Positions 10,852-19,914 of a stretch of 64,000 nt of DNA are shown piece by piece. Source of the stretch: Leptolyngbyaceae cyanobacterium (GTDB lineage Bacteria; Cyanobacteriota; Cyanobacteriia; Phormidesmidales; Phormidesmidaceae). Position 1 is the first letter of the stretch; every line of letters begins with the position of its first letter. The notes beneath the pieces were generated by a model. The model did no database searches, was not told the DNA's origin, and saw nothing but the letters and a program-made list of their open reading frames with translations. The position numbers were made by a program, and so were the translations under genes. The stretch spans positions 2,400,001 through 2,464,000 of the forward strand of contig CBDHHL010000056.1 in the NCBI GenBank assembly GCA_965263355.1. Direction: 5' to 3'.

Positions 10852-11253
10852 TTGATGAACAGCATTATGCAATCGAACATTCAAACTTTAATCAAGCGTT
10901 ACCAACAGGGTGAGCGTATATTCCATGGATTAGACTTGCGGGGGTGTGACCTGAGCCATTTACAGCTACCAGAAATTGACCTCAGCTATAGCATTTTAAG
11001 TGAGGCTTCCTTAGTAAGCACAGATTTAGCATGGGCAGTTTTGCGGGATGTTAATTTGACCAACGCTAACTTGACCTCTGCCCATCTGCATCGAGCCAAC
11101 CTGAGACGCGCTAACCTCACTACGGCCACCCTCAACAAAGCCGACTTGCGCGCTGCCGACCTACGCGGCGCAACTATTGTCAATACAGTTTTTATTGACA
11201 GTAATCTTTGGGGGGCAGTGGCTCCAGACGGTAGCCCACTCCATCGGAATTAG
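10852..11253 (+). CDS. Pentapeptide repeat protein
   Basis: LIKRYQQGERIF leader followed by A(N/D)Lxx repeats. The start may be the ATG at 10855 or 10867. Confidence 0.9.
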   Translation: MMNSIMQSNIQTLIKRYQQGERIFHGLDLRGCDLSHLQLPEIDLSYSILSEASLVSTDLAWAVLRDVNLTNANLTSAHLHRANLRRANLTTATLNKADLRAADLRGATIVNTVFIDSNLWGAVAPDGSPLHRN

Positions 11254-11259
11254 AGTTGA

Positions 11260-12024
11260 TTAATCTATGCGCAACCGACGGGTGATTAAAATCAGACCAT
11301 CTTCCCGAATCAATAAACCAGATATCCAAAGGTTATCCTCTACAGCTGGCGCATCTGCTAGCTTAAACAAACCACCGGCGGATAAGAGTTCTAGATCTAA
11401 GGGACGAGGGGTAAAGAAATCTGCTGCGGTGGTGCCCTCATCTAGGGCTGCACCCAGCAAATAACGTTCACCTAGGGGTTCTTGAACAATGGCATCAAAT
11501 CCATAGCTATTACCTGGTGCTACTCGCTCAGGCAAGATCACCACAACCTCCGGTGGAGTAGCGTCAGAACTTAGCTGATTACGCTCAGATACAATTTCTT
11601 GTGATGTAATTTGATTGTTAATAAACTGCTGGCGGGAGTGAATTACCGACTCTAGGGTGAGGGAACGGGGAGTAGTTTGTCTACCATCAATATAAGTGAC
11701 TGTCTCGGCCAAATAGCCACCATTCATTTCTTCCCAAGACTGTAGCTCTACCCGATAGGTGAGGGTATCGTAACGTTCCCATAGTTGAGGCAATGTTGTC
11801 TTGAGGGCGTCATAACTAAAGCCATCATTATTAGTAAAACCGTCAGCATAAAATGCCATCACCCCCTCAAGATCTTGCTCATTAGACGCAGATTCGATCT
11901 GTTCTAAGGCATTCACCAAGGTTGCTGGTGCCGTTTCTGGAGGAGCAGCTTGGGCAGGCAAGCCAAATATACTCATCCCCAGCACACTCAATGAATACAG
12001 CAACCAGCGGCAAGGATGCATCAT
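11260..12024 (-). CDS. Exported NTF2/SnoaL-like fold protein
   Basis: Signal peptide ending AQA; ASNEQDLEGVMAFYADGF...DG NTF2-like start. Confidence 0.75.
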   Translation of the reverse strand: MMHPCRWLLYSLSVLGMSIFGLPAQAAPPETAPATLVNALEQIESASNEQDLEGVMAFYADGFTNNDGFSYDALKTTLPQLWERYDTLTYRVELQSWEEMNGGYLAETVTYIDGRQTTPRSLTLESVIHSRQQFINNQITSQEIVSERNQLSSDATPPEVVVILPERVAPGNSYGFDAIVQEPLGERYLLGAALDEGTTAADFFTPRPLDLELLSAGGLFKLADAPAVEDNLWISGLLIREDGLILITRRLRID

Positions 12025-12303
12025 ATGTAAAATCCTCGATAGTAGTATCTGTGACAGTTCAGTTTAACAATGGACTAAATTTAGCAAAGGCAAAGCGGCC
12101 AAAAAGCATTATCTTAGAACCGATTGGTTTGGCAAATGCAATCTTTAGAAAGCACTGCCTCATTCGGACCGATTCAGCAGATAATAACTGCTGGTTAAGT
12201 TACCCTCAATATCACCCTAAAGCCCAATTTCTAATCTAGAAACAGTAATTAAGCCGATTTTTGAGGCTACTGCTACTGATAAATGGTTAGAGTCTCTCAC
12301 ATT

Positions 12304-13389
12304 ATGGACGACAGACAAGAAAATGGTGCAGGCAATAAGCTATTGATTGCTGCCAGTGGTACTGGTGGGCACCTTTTTCCAGCGATCGCAACCGCCGAAC
12401 ATCTCCCTGGCCCAATCGAATGGCTGGGTGTACCTGACCGCCTAGAAACTGAGCTTGTCCCAACATGCTATCCCCTCCATACGGTCCGTATGGGGGGCGT
12501 TCAGGGAAAACTAGGGCTGGGCACATTGAAACTCTTAATCCAATTTGTACAAGCGACCTTCGCCACTCGTCGCCTCCTGCAGAACGGCCAATTCCGAGGG
12601 GTGTTTACCACCGGTGGCTATATTGCTGCGCCAGCTATTATTGCAGCACGCAGTTTAGGATTGCCCGCTATCCTGCATGAATCCAATGCTATGCCAGGGA
12701 AGGTAACCCGTTGGCTCAGCCGCTGGTGTTCGCTGGTAGCGATTGGGTTCAAGGAAACACGGCAGTATTTGCCACAGCAGGCACAGACCTTATGGGTAGG
12801 GACACCAGTGCGATCTCAGTTTCTTACTGACAGTCACGCCAGCCTCGAAGACTTTAAAGTCCCTGACGGTGTGCCCCTCATTGTGGTCATTGGTGGCAGT
12901 CAGGGAGCCGTTGCCGTTAATCAGCTGATACGAGCAGCAGCTCCAGCTTGGCTTGAGGCAGGAGCCTGGGTGATCCATCAAACTGGCACTAACGATCCAG
13001 ATACCGAAAGTCTGCACCATCCTCAGTACATCCATCGCCCATTCTTTCAAAACGTAGCCGCTTTATTTAAGCGAGCCACATTGGTCATTAGTCGAGCCGG
13101 AGCTGGGACGTTAACTGAGCTGGCCATGACCCACACCCCATCTGTTTTAATCCCCTATCCATTTGCAGCGGACGATCATCAAGCTTATAACGCTAAAGCA
13201 TTTGGCGATGTGGGTGCAAGCAAGGTTTATCGACAGTCAGAACTCGATGGCAACACCCTCCAACAGCGGGTACTGGCATTACTGGAAACCAAAACAGAAC
13301 TAGACTGCATGCGCGTTGCGGCAAAAGCACTAGCCGTGACTGACAGTGCAGAGCAGGTAGCCGAACTACTCCAAAAAATGATGGCATAA
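12304..13389 (+). CDS. murG: UDP-GlcNAc:lipid I GlcNAc transferase
   Basis: ASGTGGHLFPA, TGGY, HESNAMPG, GTPVR, GGSQGA, SRAGAGTLTE, LIPYP, DHQAYNA. The start could also be 12283. Confidence 0.97.
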   Translation: MDDRQENGAGNKLLIAASGTGGHLFPAIATAEHLPGPIEWLGVPDRLETELVPTCYPLHTVRMGGVQGKLGLGTLKLLIQFVQATFATRRLLQNGQFRGVFTTGGYIAAPAIIAARSLGLPAILHESNAMPGKVTRWLSRWCSLVAIGFKETRQYLPQQAQTLWVGTPVRSQFLTDSHASLEDFKVPDGVPLIVVIGGSQGAVAVNQLIRAAAPAWLEAGAWVIHQTGTNDPDTESLHHPQYIHRPFFQNVAALFKRATLVISRAGAGTLTELAMTHTPSVLIPYPFAADDHQAYNAKAFGDVGASKVYRQSELDGNTLQQRVLALLETKTELDCMRVAAKALAVTDSAEQVAELLQKMMA

Positions 13390-13405
13390 CGCTGCCGCCG
13401 AAGTT

Positions 13406-13894
13406 TTAGACACCAGCCGTTATCAACAGCTCGCCCACCATGCCAGCCTCAGCATGACCAGCAATGGAGCAATGGAGTTCATAAACGCCAGGTTTCTGAG
13501 GTACAAACACCCACTCCGCTTCAGCTCCAGGTTTCAGTTCCAGTTCGTGAACAGTCCCCTTAACTTCGACCTGGCCTGCTTCTACTTTTTGTGTCCAGAT
13601 CACATCTGTAAAGTCTTTAGCCGTGAAGTAATGTTTAACAGGGCTAGGATTAGCTAACAACAATTTATAGCGTTTGCCTGCCTGAAAATTCAATGTATCA
13701 GGCTCAAACACAAGGGAACCAGCCTCATTACCCAAGTGTATTTGTAACGTTTCTATCGGTTGTTGACTAGGAGCCACTGCCGCCAGTGCCCCATGGGTCA
13801 AAACTCCACAGCACGCAACCAGTAATAAACTGATACAAGCTAGCTTTTGTAACCAAGTTTTAACCAGATTGAGACAAGTACACAGGTTAATCAT
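13406..13894 (-). CDS. Exported cupredoxin (plastocyanin/azurin-like copper-binding protein)
   Basis: Hydrophobic leader, FEPDTL, and type 1 Cu ligands H(YFT)...CSIAGHAEAGM. Confidence 0.88.
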   Translation of the reverse strand: MINLCTCLNLVKTWLQKLACISLLLVACCGVLTHGALAAVAPSQQPIETLQIHLGNEAGSLVFEPDTLNFQAGKRYKLLLANPSPVKHYFTAKDFTDVIWTQKVEAGQVEVKGTVHELELKPGAEAEWVFVPQKPGVYELHCSIAGHAEAGMVGELLITAGV

Positions 13895-14146
13895 AGGATC
13901 ACAGCTCCCACCATTTCGATCTACATAGCGATCTTACTGGCCTGCGTTACCCTGAAGACATCAGAGCCCCAAGAACCTCTGACAGTCAGATTCTGACGGT
14001 CAATTTTTGTCAGACCATCAGCACTTAATACTTGGGATATTCCATAAAAAATGGTTTTTGACAATACTGCCAAAAACCATGGGAAGAGTTGTGATGAACT
14101 CTGAAAATATTATTTAGTACCCTGAAAGTTGAAAATGCACCATAGC

Positions 14147-14296
14147 TTAGCCGTTTGAATCGGGTTTTATCGGAGTAGCAATAGGGGCTCTCATCTGAAA
14201 TCTAAGGCCTAAGAAGGAAAATTTAGGCTGGGTCTCGGAAGTTTTAACGGTTTGGGTAGAAGGTGTGAAAGGTGCTCCAACATGAGTGAGTCGCAT
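14147..14296 (-). CDS. Small protein (49 aa), DUF4278-like, possibly frameshift-truncated
   Basis: Below the ORF-track cutoff. Manual translation: MRLTHVGAPFTPSTQTVKTSETQPKFSFLGLRFQMRAPIATPIKPDSNG. Confidence 0.45.
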   Translation of the reverse strand: MRLTHVGAPFTPSTQTVKTSETQPKFSFLGLRFQMRAPIATPIKPDSNG

Positions 14297-14890
14297 AGGT
14301 CAATTCCAGATAAGCGTGTAAATAAGTGTGTTAGCGGGGATAGAGTATCCTATTATACCAAATTAAAAATCCTCAACCCTACTTTAAAGTAGATGACTTT
14401 TGCAGGATCAGAGACTATTAGGCAAGAACTCGTCTTAGACAGTATGCTGCCAATTAAGCAACGCCCACCATAGCATTGGCATCAAAGCAGTCATTGCGAT
14501 CGCGAAACAGTAAGACAATTAAAGATCGTGTACCTGGGTAAATGTCATGGCTAAAGCCTCCTAAAACGTGTGTTGTATCCCTTGAATTAATAGTAAGAAT
14601 GGCTAAGCCAACTAGCTTAGCCATTCCACTGGAGGAAAGATTAAAGTTTGTTTTTTCCACTAGTGGAAAAACCTTATATGGGGGCACCTCGATTAATTAC
14701 CTATTCTCACCATTTGAGATGCTGAAACCTTTGAAAATACATTCGTGATTTCAACAGAATTTGAATACATAGAGGTGCCCATGGGACATAAAGATTTTGA
14801 ATGATAACAAGACTAGCTGCCATCATTCTGATACCAAACAAAAACGTTCTCTGAGGTTGTTGTTGACAACAAAGGTAGACAACTCACGTA

Positions 14891-15082
14891 CTACAGGTCA
14901 GCACCACCAGAAAAAGCATGACCATCAACAGCCTCAGACGAACGCCCGAAGGGATAGTACGTAGAATCTGGCTGACCATTACTGAAACGAAATCGTGGAG
15001 ATTCAGCTTGGGCAAGGGGGGCAAAGAGCGTAAGTACAGCTGTAAAAGCAAGAGCAGTCAATGCGGTACATTTACATTTCAT
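14891..15082 (-). CDS. Small secreted peptide (signal peptide plus about 37-aa mature part)
   Basis: GGAGG RBS 8 nt upstream; MKCKC-hydrophobic-AQA cleavage motif. Confidence 0.65.
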   Translation of the reverse strand: MKCKCTALTALAFTAVLTLFAPLAQAESPRFRFSNGQPDSTYYPFGRSSEAVDGHAFSGGADL

Positions 15083-15424
15083 CTGAGGAGCCTCCAGTTA
15101 TCAGGTTAGATAAGGGCTTAAACACTTATTAGAATGTCGGGATGACCTGAGTTTCATCTGGACATTAACTGAAAAAGTCTGAAGGCATTTCTGAAATTGG
15201 CTGAGACAATCAGGTGATGACAATCACCAAGTGCTGAGACAGGAGCTACTTCCATAGCTGGTCTTCTTTTTTACGTGGAGATATAGCAGAAGCTTGAGCA
15301 AAGATTGCTATTCCCATGCTAGAGTTATGAGACTAAATTAAATAGCTGGGTAGCATACTGTTAGTTTGAGCGCAAGGGCGCATGCTACCTGGGTGGTTAC
15401 CCACGTTACTAAATCGAGGTAACC

Positions 15425-15616
15425 ATGGAAGATACTCAGACGATATTTGAAAAAGCTGTAGAGGCATACAGGGAAAATTGCGATCGCAACGATCTGACAT
15501 TTCAGCAACCCAGTGAAGAGTATTCAAACATGATTCATGACGTTATGTATCTGCGGGTCAGTCCGGCTAGCTATGTAGCCAGATACGATACCCGACGACA
15601 GCGTGTTCTAGCTTAG
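15425..15616 (+). CDS. Small hypothetical protein (63 aa, FQQPS motif)
   Basis: GAGGT RBS, globular composition, followed by a strong hairpin. Confidence 0.7.
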   Translation: MEDTQTIFEKAVEAYRENCDRNDLTFQQPSEEYSNMIHDVMYLRVSPASYVARYDTRRQRVLA

Positions 15617-15626
15617 AAAGCCACTA

Positions 15627-15657
15627 TCTGTCATAGAGCCAGCAGCTCTATGACAGA
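15627..15657. terminator. 13-bp hairpin between convergent genes
   Basis: tctgtcatagagc-cagca-gctctatgacaga. Confidence 0.65.
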
Positions 15658-15742
15658 AACCTACTAAGTAGTCGCGAAACTTGAGTGCGTTCTCATGACA
15701 ACACCCAGTAGGGTATCGGGTTGCGAGAAGGTAGTTGACCTG

Positions 15743-18700
15743 TTACAGCTCTTTAGGTAACTGCAGATTCAACTCTTGGAAAAACTCCGTATCCTCTGAG
15801 AGTACTACAGAACCTGGTTCAGCCAACTGTCCATTAATCTGCAGCTGATAGGAACCCTGCTCAAGACGCTCTAATGCATACACACCAGCATCATTCGTCA
15901 CAGAAAAACGACGAGAACTGCCATCCTCCGAGATAGCCTCCACTCGGGCACCGCCTACAGCATTACCCTCAGTATCTGTGACAACGCCAATAAACGTATA
16001 AGAAGGTATCAGAGGAATGGATACTGGAGTGTAACTACCAGGGACAACTTCTATAGCTGTGGCCCCCGTATCCGCCTGCCAATCTAACGGGAAACCAGCT
16101 GGGTCAATGTCCAAACGATAGATGCCTGGAGCTGTACGCATTAAGATACCATCATCATTGATTTCTGGCCGATAAGTTCGAATTGATTCATTGTTTAGCA
16201 CCAACAACAGATCAGCATCGTCCGTATAGAAATCTTCTTCCTGATCGCGCTGACCATTGTTGTTACGATCAAAATAGGGTTCTACCAAAATACCCCCCTG
16301 CGGTCTGAGAAAATCAGCCCGCCGATCACCAGGGCGAAATCCTCGTTGAGAATTAATGCTGGAGACTAACTCTAAGCGGAAAGAATCTTCACTAGACGTG
16401 ACAGAAACCCCTTGATAACGCGCTCTTAGTAATATCCCAGGTAGTATCGTCGTCTGGGCCGAAGCAATTAATCCTGAGCCCTCACTGCCAGTGGCATATC
16501 CTGCCTGGGCTTCCCAGGCAAAATTACCATCGGAGGCCCGCTCTCGTGATCGATATCGCCACCCTGCTGTCACGAGATTGCCACTATTTTCTTGGCTACG
16601 GGTTTCGTAATTGGTAAAAATTGAGTGGCCTGAATCAAACGTATTCGATCCAGACAGGTTATAACTCACCTCTGATAGCGTGCTCACTTCATCACCGCGA
16701 GAATCAATCTCTAAATCGCCTAGACTTTGCAGAAAATTCCAGCGAAAATCACCATCTGTATTGATAGTTGTTCTCGCGAATGTGAACGCATCTCTACCCC
16801 CAAAGGCAACTTGTGCACCGATGGCCTCAGCTTCGCGATCGCTAGCAATACCCAGTAACGTTACTTCAGGACTAACACGCCAGTCGACATTAAACCGACG
16901 TTCAAAGCGATTACTCGTAAATCGAGCACTCAAATCATCAGATGGGTCATACCGTACAGCTGCATCCACATCCCATGTGCCTTCATCATCAGCTGTTAGC
17001 ACTCGGGCAGCTACCTGTAAAGGAACATCAGTAGGCTGATAGAATAACTCACCTAACCCCTGAAAATTCTCGTCATAGACAGCGCCAACCCCTAAAGTCA
17101 ACTCTTCTGAAGCACCCCAACGGTAGGCTGCGCCACCTCGCAGTTCACCAAAGTCTCCGAGAAAATTGTTAGAGCCCGTATCACGCTGCCATCCAGTAGA
17201 AACAACCCAGGCAGACGCCCCCGTTGGTAATTGACCCGCCACGTCTGAAAAACTAACAACACGAACCTCTGGTAGATCTGTTAAGCGACCATTGGGATAT
17301 AACAAAACCTGATAGTTACGACTGAGAATATTACGACCAACATCAACCTCGTTAAACCGATATAGTCCTGACGAGTCCACCAAAACCTGGTCAATTACCC
17401 GATTACTAAACCCTTCAGTCAATTGAACTAACGTACCTGGCTCTGCCTCACCTGTAATAGTCCGACCAATTTGATTACCAGATTGCAACCGTTGGCCGAC
17501 ATCAGCACTACCACTACGTTGGTCTTTCGGGTCATAGCCTTGACGCTGTACATAGGTAGCCCCCCACAGATCATTGGCTCCAGCTGAGTCCCAAAACGGC
17601 CCCTGGGAGCCCAATACCAAGTCAAATTGATCGGTGGGTCTAAAATACTGTGCCTCAGACAAATTCCAGCTGCGTGAGTCAGAAAATTCAGGTTGGTCAA
17701 CACTGAGGTACCAGCTACCATCCCAAAGCGTACCCACTGCTGAGAAATCCCCTTGATAGGAGGTATCCCGATCACCATTACTGACGACATCTAACTCTTG
17801 CTCAAAGGCCGTCACAGTCGACTGGGGCGCTTGTATCAACGGCAGTCCCTCTAGCTGTACCTCTGAGGTACGAAATAAACGAGAGCCACGGCTACCCACC
17901 AGCCAAGGAGGCAACAGACGAACTGCGTATTCACTGATATCAAATTCAGCATCAACTTGAAATCGCTCCTCAAGTTCTTTGACCGAAAAGACCAGGCCCA
18001 AATCGTCATCTATTTGAATCGAATCAGGATCCAGCTTTGTGACAAAACCCGGCGAACTAATTTCTAACTGGCCATCGGCGTCAACATCTACCTGCAAACG
18101 TAACGCTTGAACAACCGCATCATAGGGAATCAGCCAATTTTCAAAATCAACGGCCTCAGAACCATCGATTTTTCCTTTTACAAATTCACTCAGTAAGACG
18201 GCACGCTCATTAATATTGACACCCACTGGAAAGACTTCGAATGATTCAAACTGAGAATCGTTTTCCGACGCGTCCGCATCCTCTGTACTGCCGTCCTCTA
18301 GGTCTGCAGTCTCCCCATCAGCTTCACCCGCCTCTAAACTCTCTTCATCATTGGCCTCAGCATCCTCTAGAGATGAAGTATCACCCTCTAAGTCGTCCAC
18401 CTCCAGATCCTCTAATACAGGAAGTGTGGTGTCGTTAGCTTCAGTTTCTATATCAACCAAATCAGGTAGATTGTTTTCAATATCCTCGTCTGCTGATTGA
18501 CTGGTAAAAATTTCAGCAGCGTCAATAGCATCATCCTCTGCACCACTGACATTTTGGGAGTTAAGGTCTGTGCCCATATCAGGCTCTACCAGCAGATCAG
18601 CTGCTGCCATGCCATTGAGGACGGGTAGCGTATCTTCCCCCTGTAAAGCATTAAGCCTCTCCGTCACCTCAGAAGCATCAACTGTCTGGCTTTGAAGATC

Positions 18701-19198
18701 TGTCACTGATGGACTGCTATCCACCGTGTTTGCAGACACATTAGAACCATCAACTGTCTGATTTTGAAAATCCGCCACTGATGGACTGCTATCCACCGCA
18801 TTAGCAGACATATCTACAGGCTGTGGCGACGGCAGTTGAAGTGTCTCAGAAATGGGTTCTACAGTTTGAGACAATCCATTCCCAACAAGTTTATCCTCAA
18901 CAGTTTCACTGGCAACAGTTTCATTTGCTGTAAGGGTTTCCGAATTGCTCTCAATCTGTTGTGACGTCTCATTCAGGCTAACCAGCTGTCTTTGCCCAGA
19001 ACGACCAAATTTCGCAAACATCGGTTTTGGAATCCCCACCCGTCCCTGCCGCAATGAAGTAGGTGCTGATTCCACCACAGGTGGTGTTACTACAGTGGTC
19101 GTTTCCGGTAAAATCCGATCTGCAACTTCTACATTGGAGCCTGGATCTGGGACTGGTAATGCGGGGGGTAGATTGGGGATATCAATAGCATATGTCAT
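15743..19198 (-). CDS. Outer-membrane fimbrial usher-like protein with an acidic N-terminal extension and C-terminal SdrD-B / carboxypeptidase-regulatory-like Ig domains
   Basis: Plug-like TITGEAEPGTLVQL...VDSSGLYRFNEV...YQVLLYPNG; barrel-like YRWGASEELTLGVG and amphipathic beta strands; C-terminal YFDRNNNGQRD and GVVTDTEGNAVGGARV...TNDAGVY. Lies next to a PapD-like chaperone. Confidence 0.75.
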   Translation of the reverse strand: MTYAIDIPNLPPALPVPDPGSNVEVADRILPETTTVVTPPVVESAPTSLRQGRVGIPKPMFAKFGRSGQRQLVSLNETSQQIESNSETLTANETVASETVEDKLVGNGLSQTVEPISETLQLPSPQPVDMSANAVDSSPSVADFQNQTVDGSNVSANTVDSSPSVTDLQSQTVDASEVTERLNALQGEDTLPVLNGMAAADLLVEPDMGTDLNSQNVSGAEDDAIDAAEIFTSQSADEDIENNLPDLVDIETEANDTTLPVLEDLEVDDLEGDTSSLEDAEANDEESLEAGEADGETADLEDGSTEDADASENDSQFESFEVFPVGVNINERAVLLSEFVKGKIDGSEAVDFENWLIPYDAVVQALRLQVDVDADGQLEISSPGFVTKLDPDSIQIDDDLGLVFSVKELEERFQVDAEFDISEYAVRLLPPWLVGSRGSRLFRTSEVQLEGLPLIQAPQSTVTAFEQELDVVSNGDRDTSYQGDFSAVGTLWDGSWYLSVDQPEFSDSRSWNLSEAQYFRPTDQFDLVLGSQGPFWDSAGANDLWGATYVQRQGYDPKDQRSGSADVGQRLQSGNQIGRTITGEAEPGTLVQLTEGFSNRVIDQVLVDSSGLYRFNEVDVGRNILSRNYQVLLYPNGRLTDLPEVRVVSFSDVAGQLPTGASAWVVSTGWQRDTGSNNFLGDFGELRGGAAYRWGASEELTLGVGAVYDENFQGLGELFYQPTDVPLQVAARVLTADDEGTWDVDAAVRYDPSDDLSARFTSNRFERRFNVDWRVSPEVTLLGIASDREAEAIGAQVAFGGRDAFTFARTTINTDGDFRWNFLQSLGDLEIDSRGDEVSTLSEVSYNLSGSNTFDSGHSIFTNYETRSQENSGNLVTAGWRYRSRERASDGNFAWEAQAGYATGSEGSGLIASAQTTILPGILLRARYQGVSVTSSEDSFRLELVSSINSQRGFRPGDRRADFLRPQGGILVEPYFDRNNNGQRDQEEDFYTDDADLLLVLNNESIRTYRPEINDDGILMRTAPGIYRLDIDPAGFPLDWQADTGATAIEVVPGSYTPVSIPLIPSYTFIGVVTDTEGNAVGGARVEAISEDGSSRRFSVTNDAGVYALERLEQGSYQLQINGQLAEPGSVVLSEDTEFFQELNLQLPKEL
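18668..18812 (-). repeat. 2 x 72-nt (24-aa) imperfect tandem repeat in the usher N-terminal region
   Basis: SANAVDSSPSVADFQNQTVD / SANTVDSSPSVTDLQSQTVD; the core actgatggactgctatccaccg recurs at a 72-nt offset. Confidence 0.85.
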
Positions 19199-19566
19199 GG
19201 GAACCTCACAACCATTTTTGGTTTTGAATAGGAACTTTTTTTTGTAAAATCAGGCCAACAAAAGATTCCTAGCAAAGAGCCGAAGCAATGATTGAAAGTC
19301 TTTCATACAAGCGTTTTCACTTACTTCAGCACAGGATGACCATCATTTAAAAGCAGCAAGCGTAATGTGTGGGGGACAAATCTGTACCCAGAAATTGACA
19401 ACAATATCTCCGTAGTTCACGGAAATACTCCGGATCACTCCTATGCAATAAACAGGGAGACTGCTGAAGACTGAGTCAGCTTGCTCAATTAGATTGAAGA
19501 GAATTAAATGGTGCGTCTGCGTTCATATCTCCATCCTTAAATGATGAATCCACCATCTAAATCAGC

Positions 19567-19914
19567 ATGATTGCACGCTTACACAGCCGTGTTGCTGCCA
19601 GCTTTTTGCTTATAGGCAGCAGCAGTCTTTTTTTGTCAGCCAAGACCGCATTTGCAGAAAGTGCCAGTACAGATATTTTGTTTACAGGAACAGTGCCCGT
19701 CACCTGCGCATTTGAAGGACTATCACCAGCAGACCAGTTAGACCCAAAACTAGTGATGGCAAATCGTCAGGCCAACTGTAACGAGGGCACAGCTAGCCTG
19801 CATTATGAATCAACAACTGTAGAATCAACTAACTTTCCTATACCATCTGAGGATACTAGCTCAGACTTCACGAGCAGCTCCCAGCAAGGCATCATTACCC
19901 TTACTGCACACTAG
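19567..19914 (+). CDS. Short pilin-subunit paralog, opposite strand to the rest of the locus
   Basis: Signal peptide (AFA), then TDILFTGTVPVTC matching VPFTGTVPAFC of 21275..21736; second Cys in ANCN; C-terminal IITLTAH. Confidence 0.75.
   Translation: MIARLHSRVAASFLLIGSSSLFLSAKTAFAESASTDILFTGTVPVTCAFEGLSPADQLDPKLVMANRQANCNEGTASLHYESTTVESTNFPIPSEDTSSDFTSSSQQGIITLTAH

Noticed and set aside
14891..15082. TYYPFG resembling the TAXI-TRAP solute-binding motif GTYYPxG
   Set aside because: Only a few residues match, and I found no TAXI-like continuation beyond the stop. Kept only as a refutation test.
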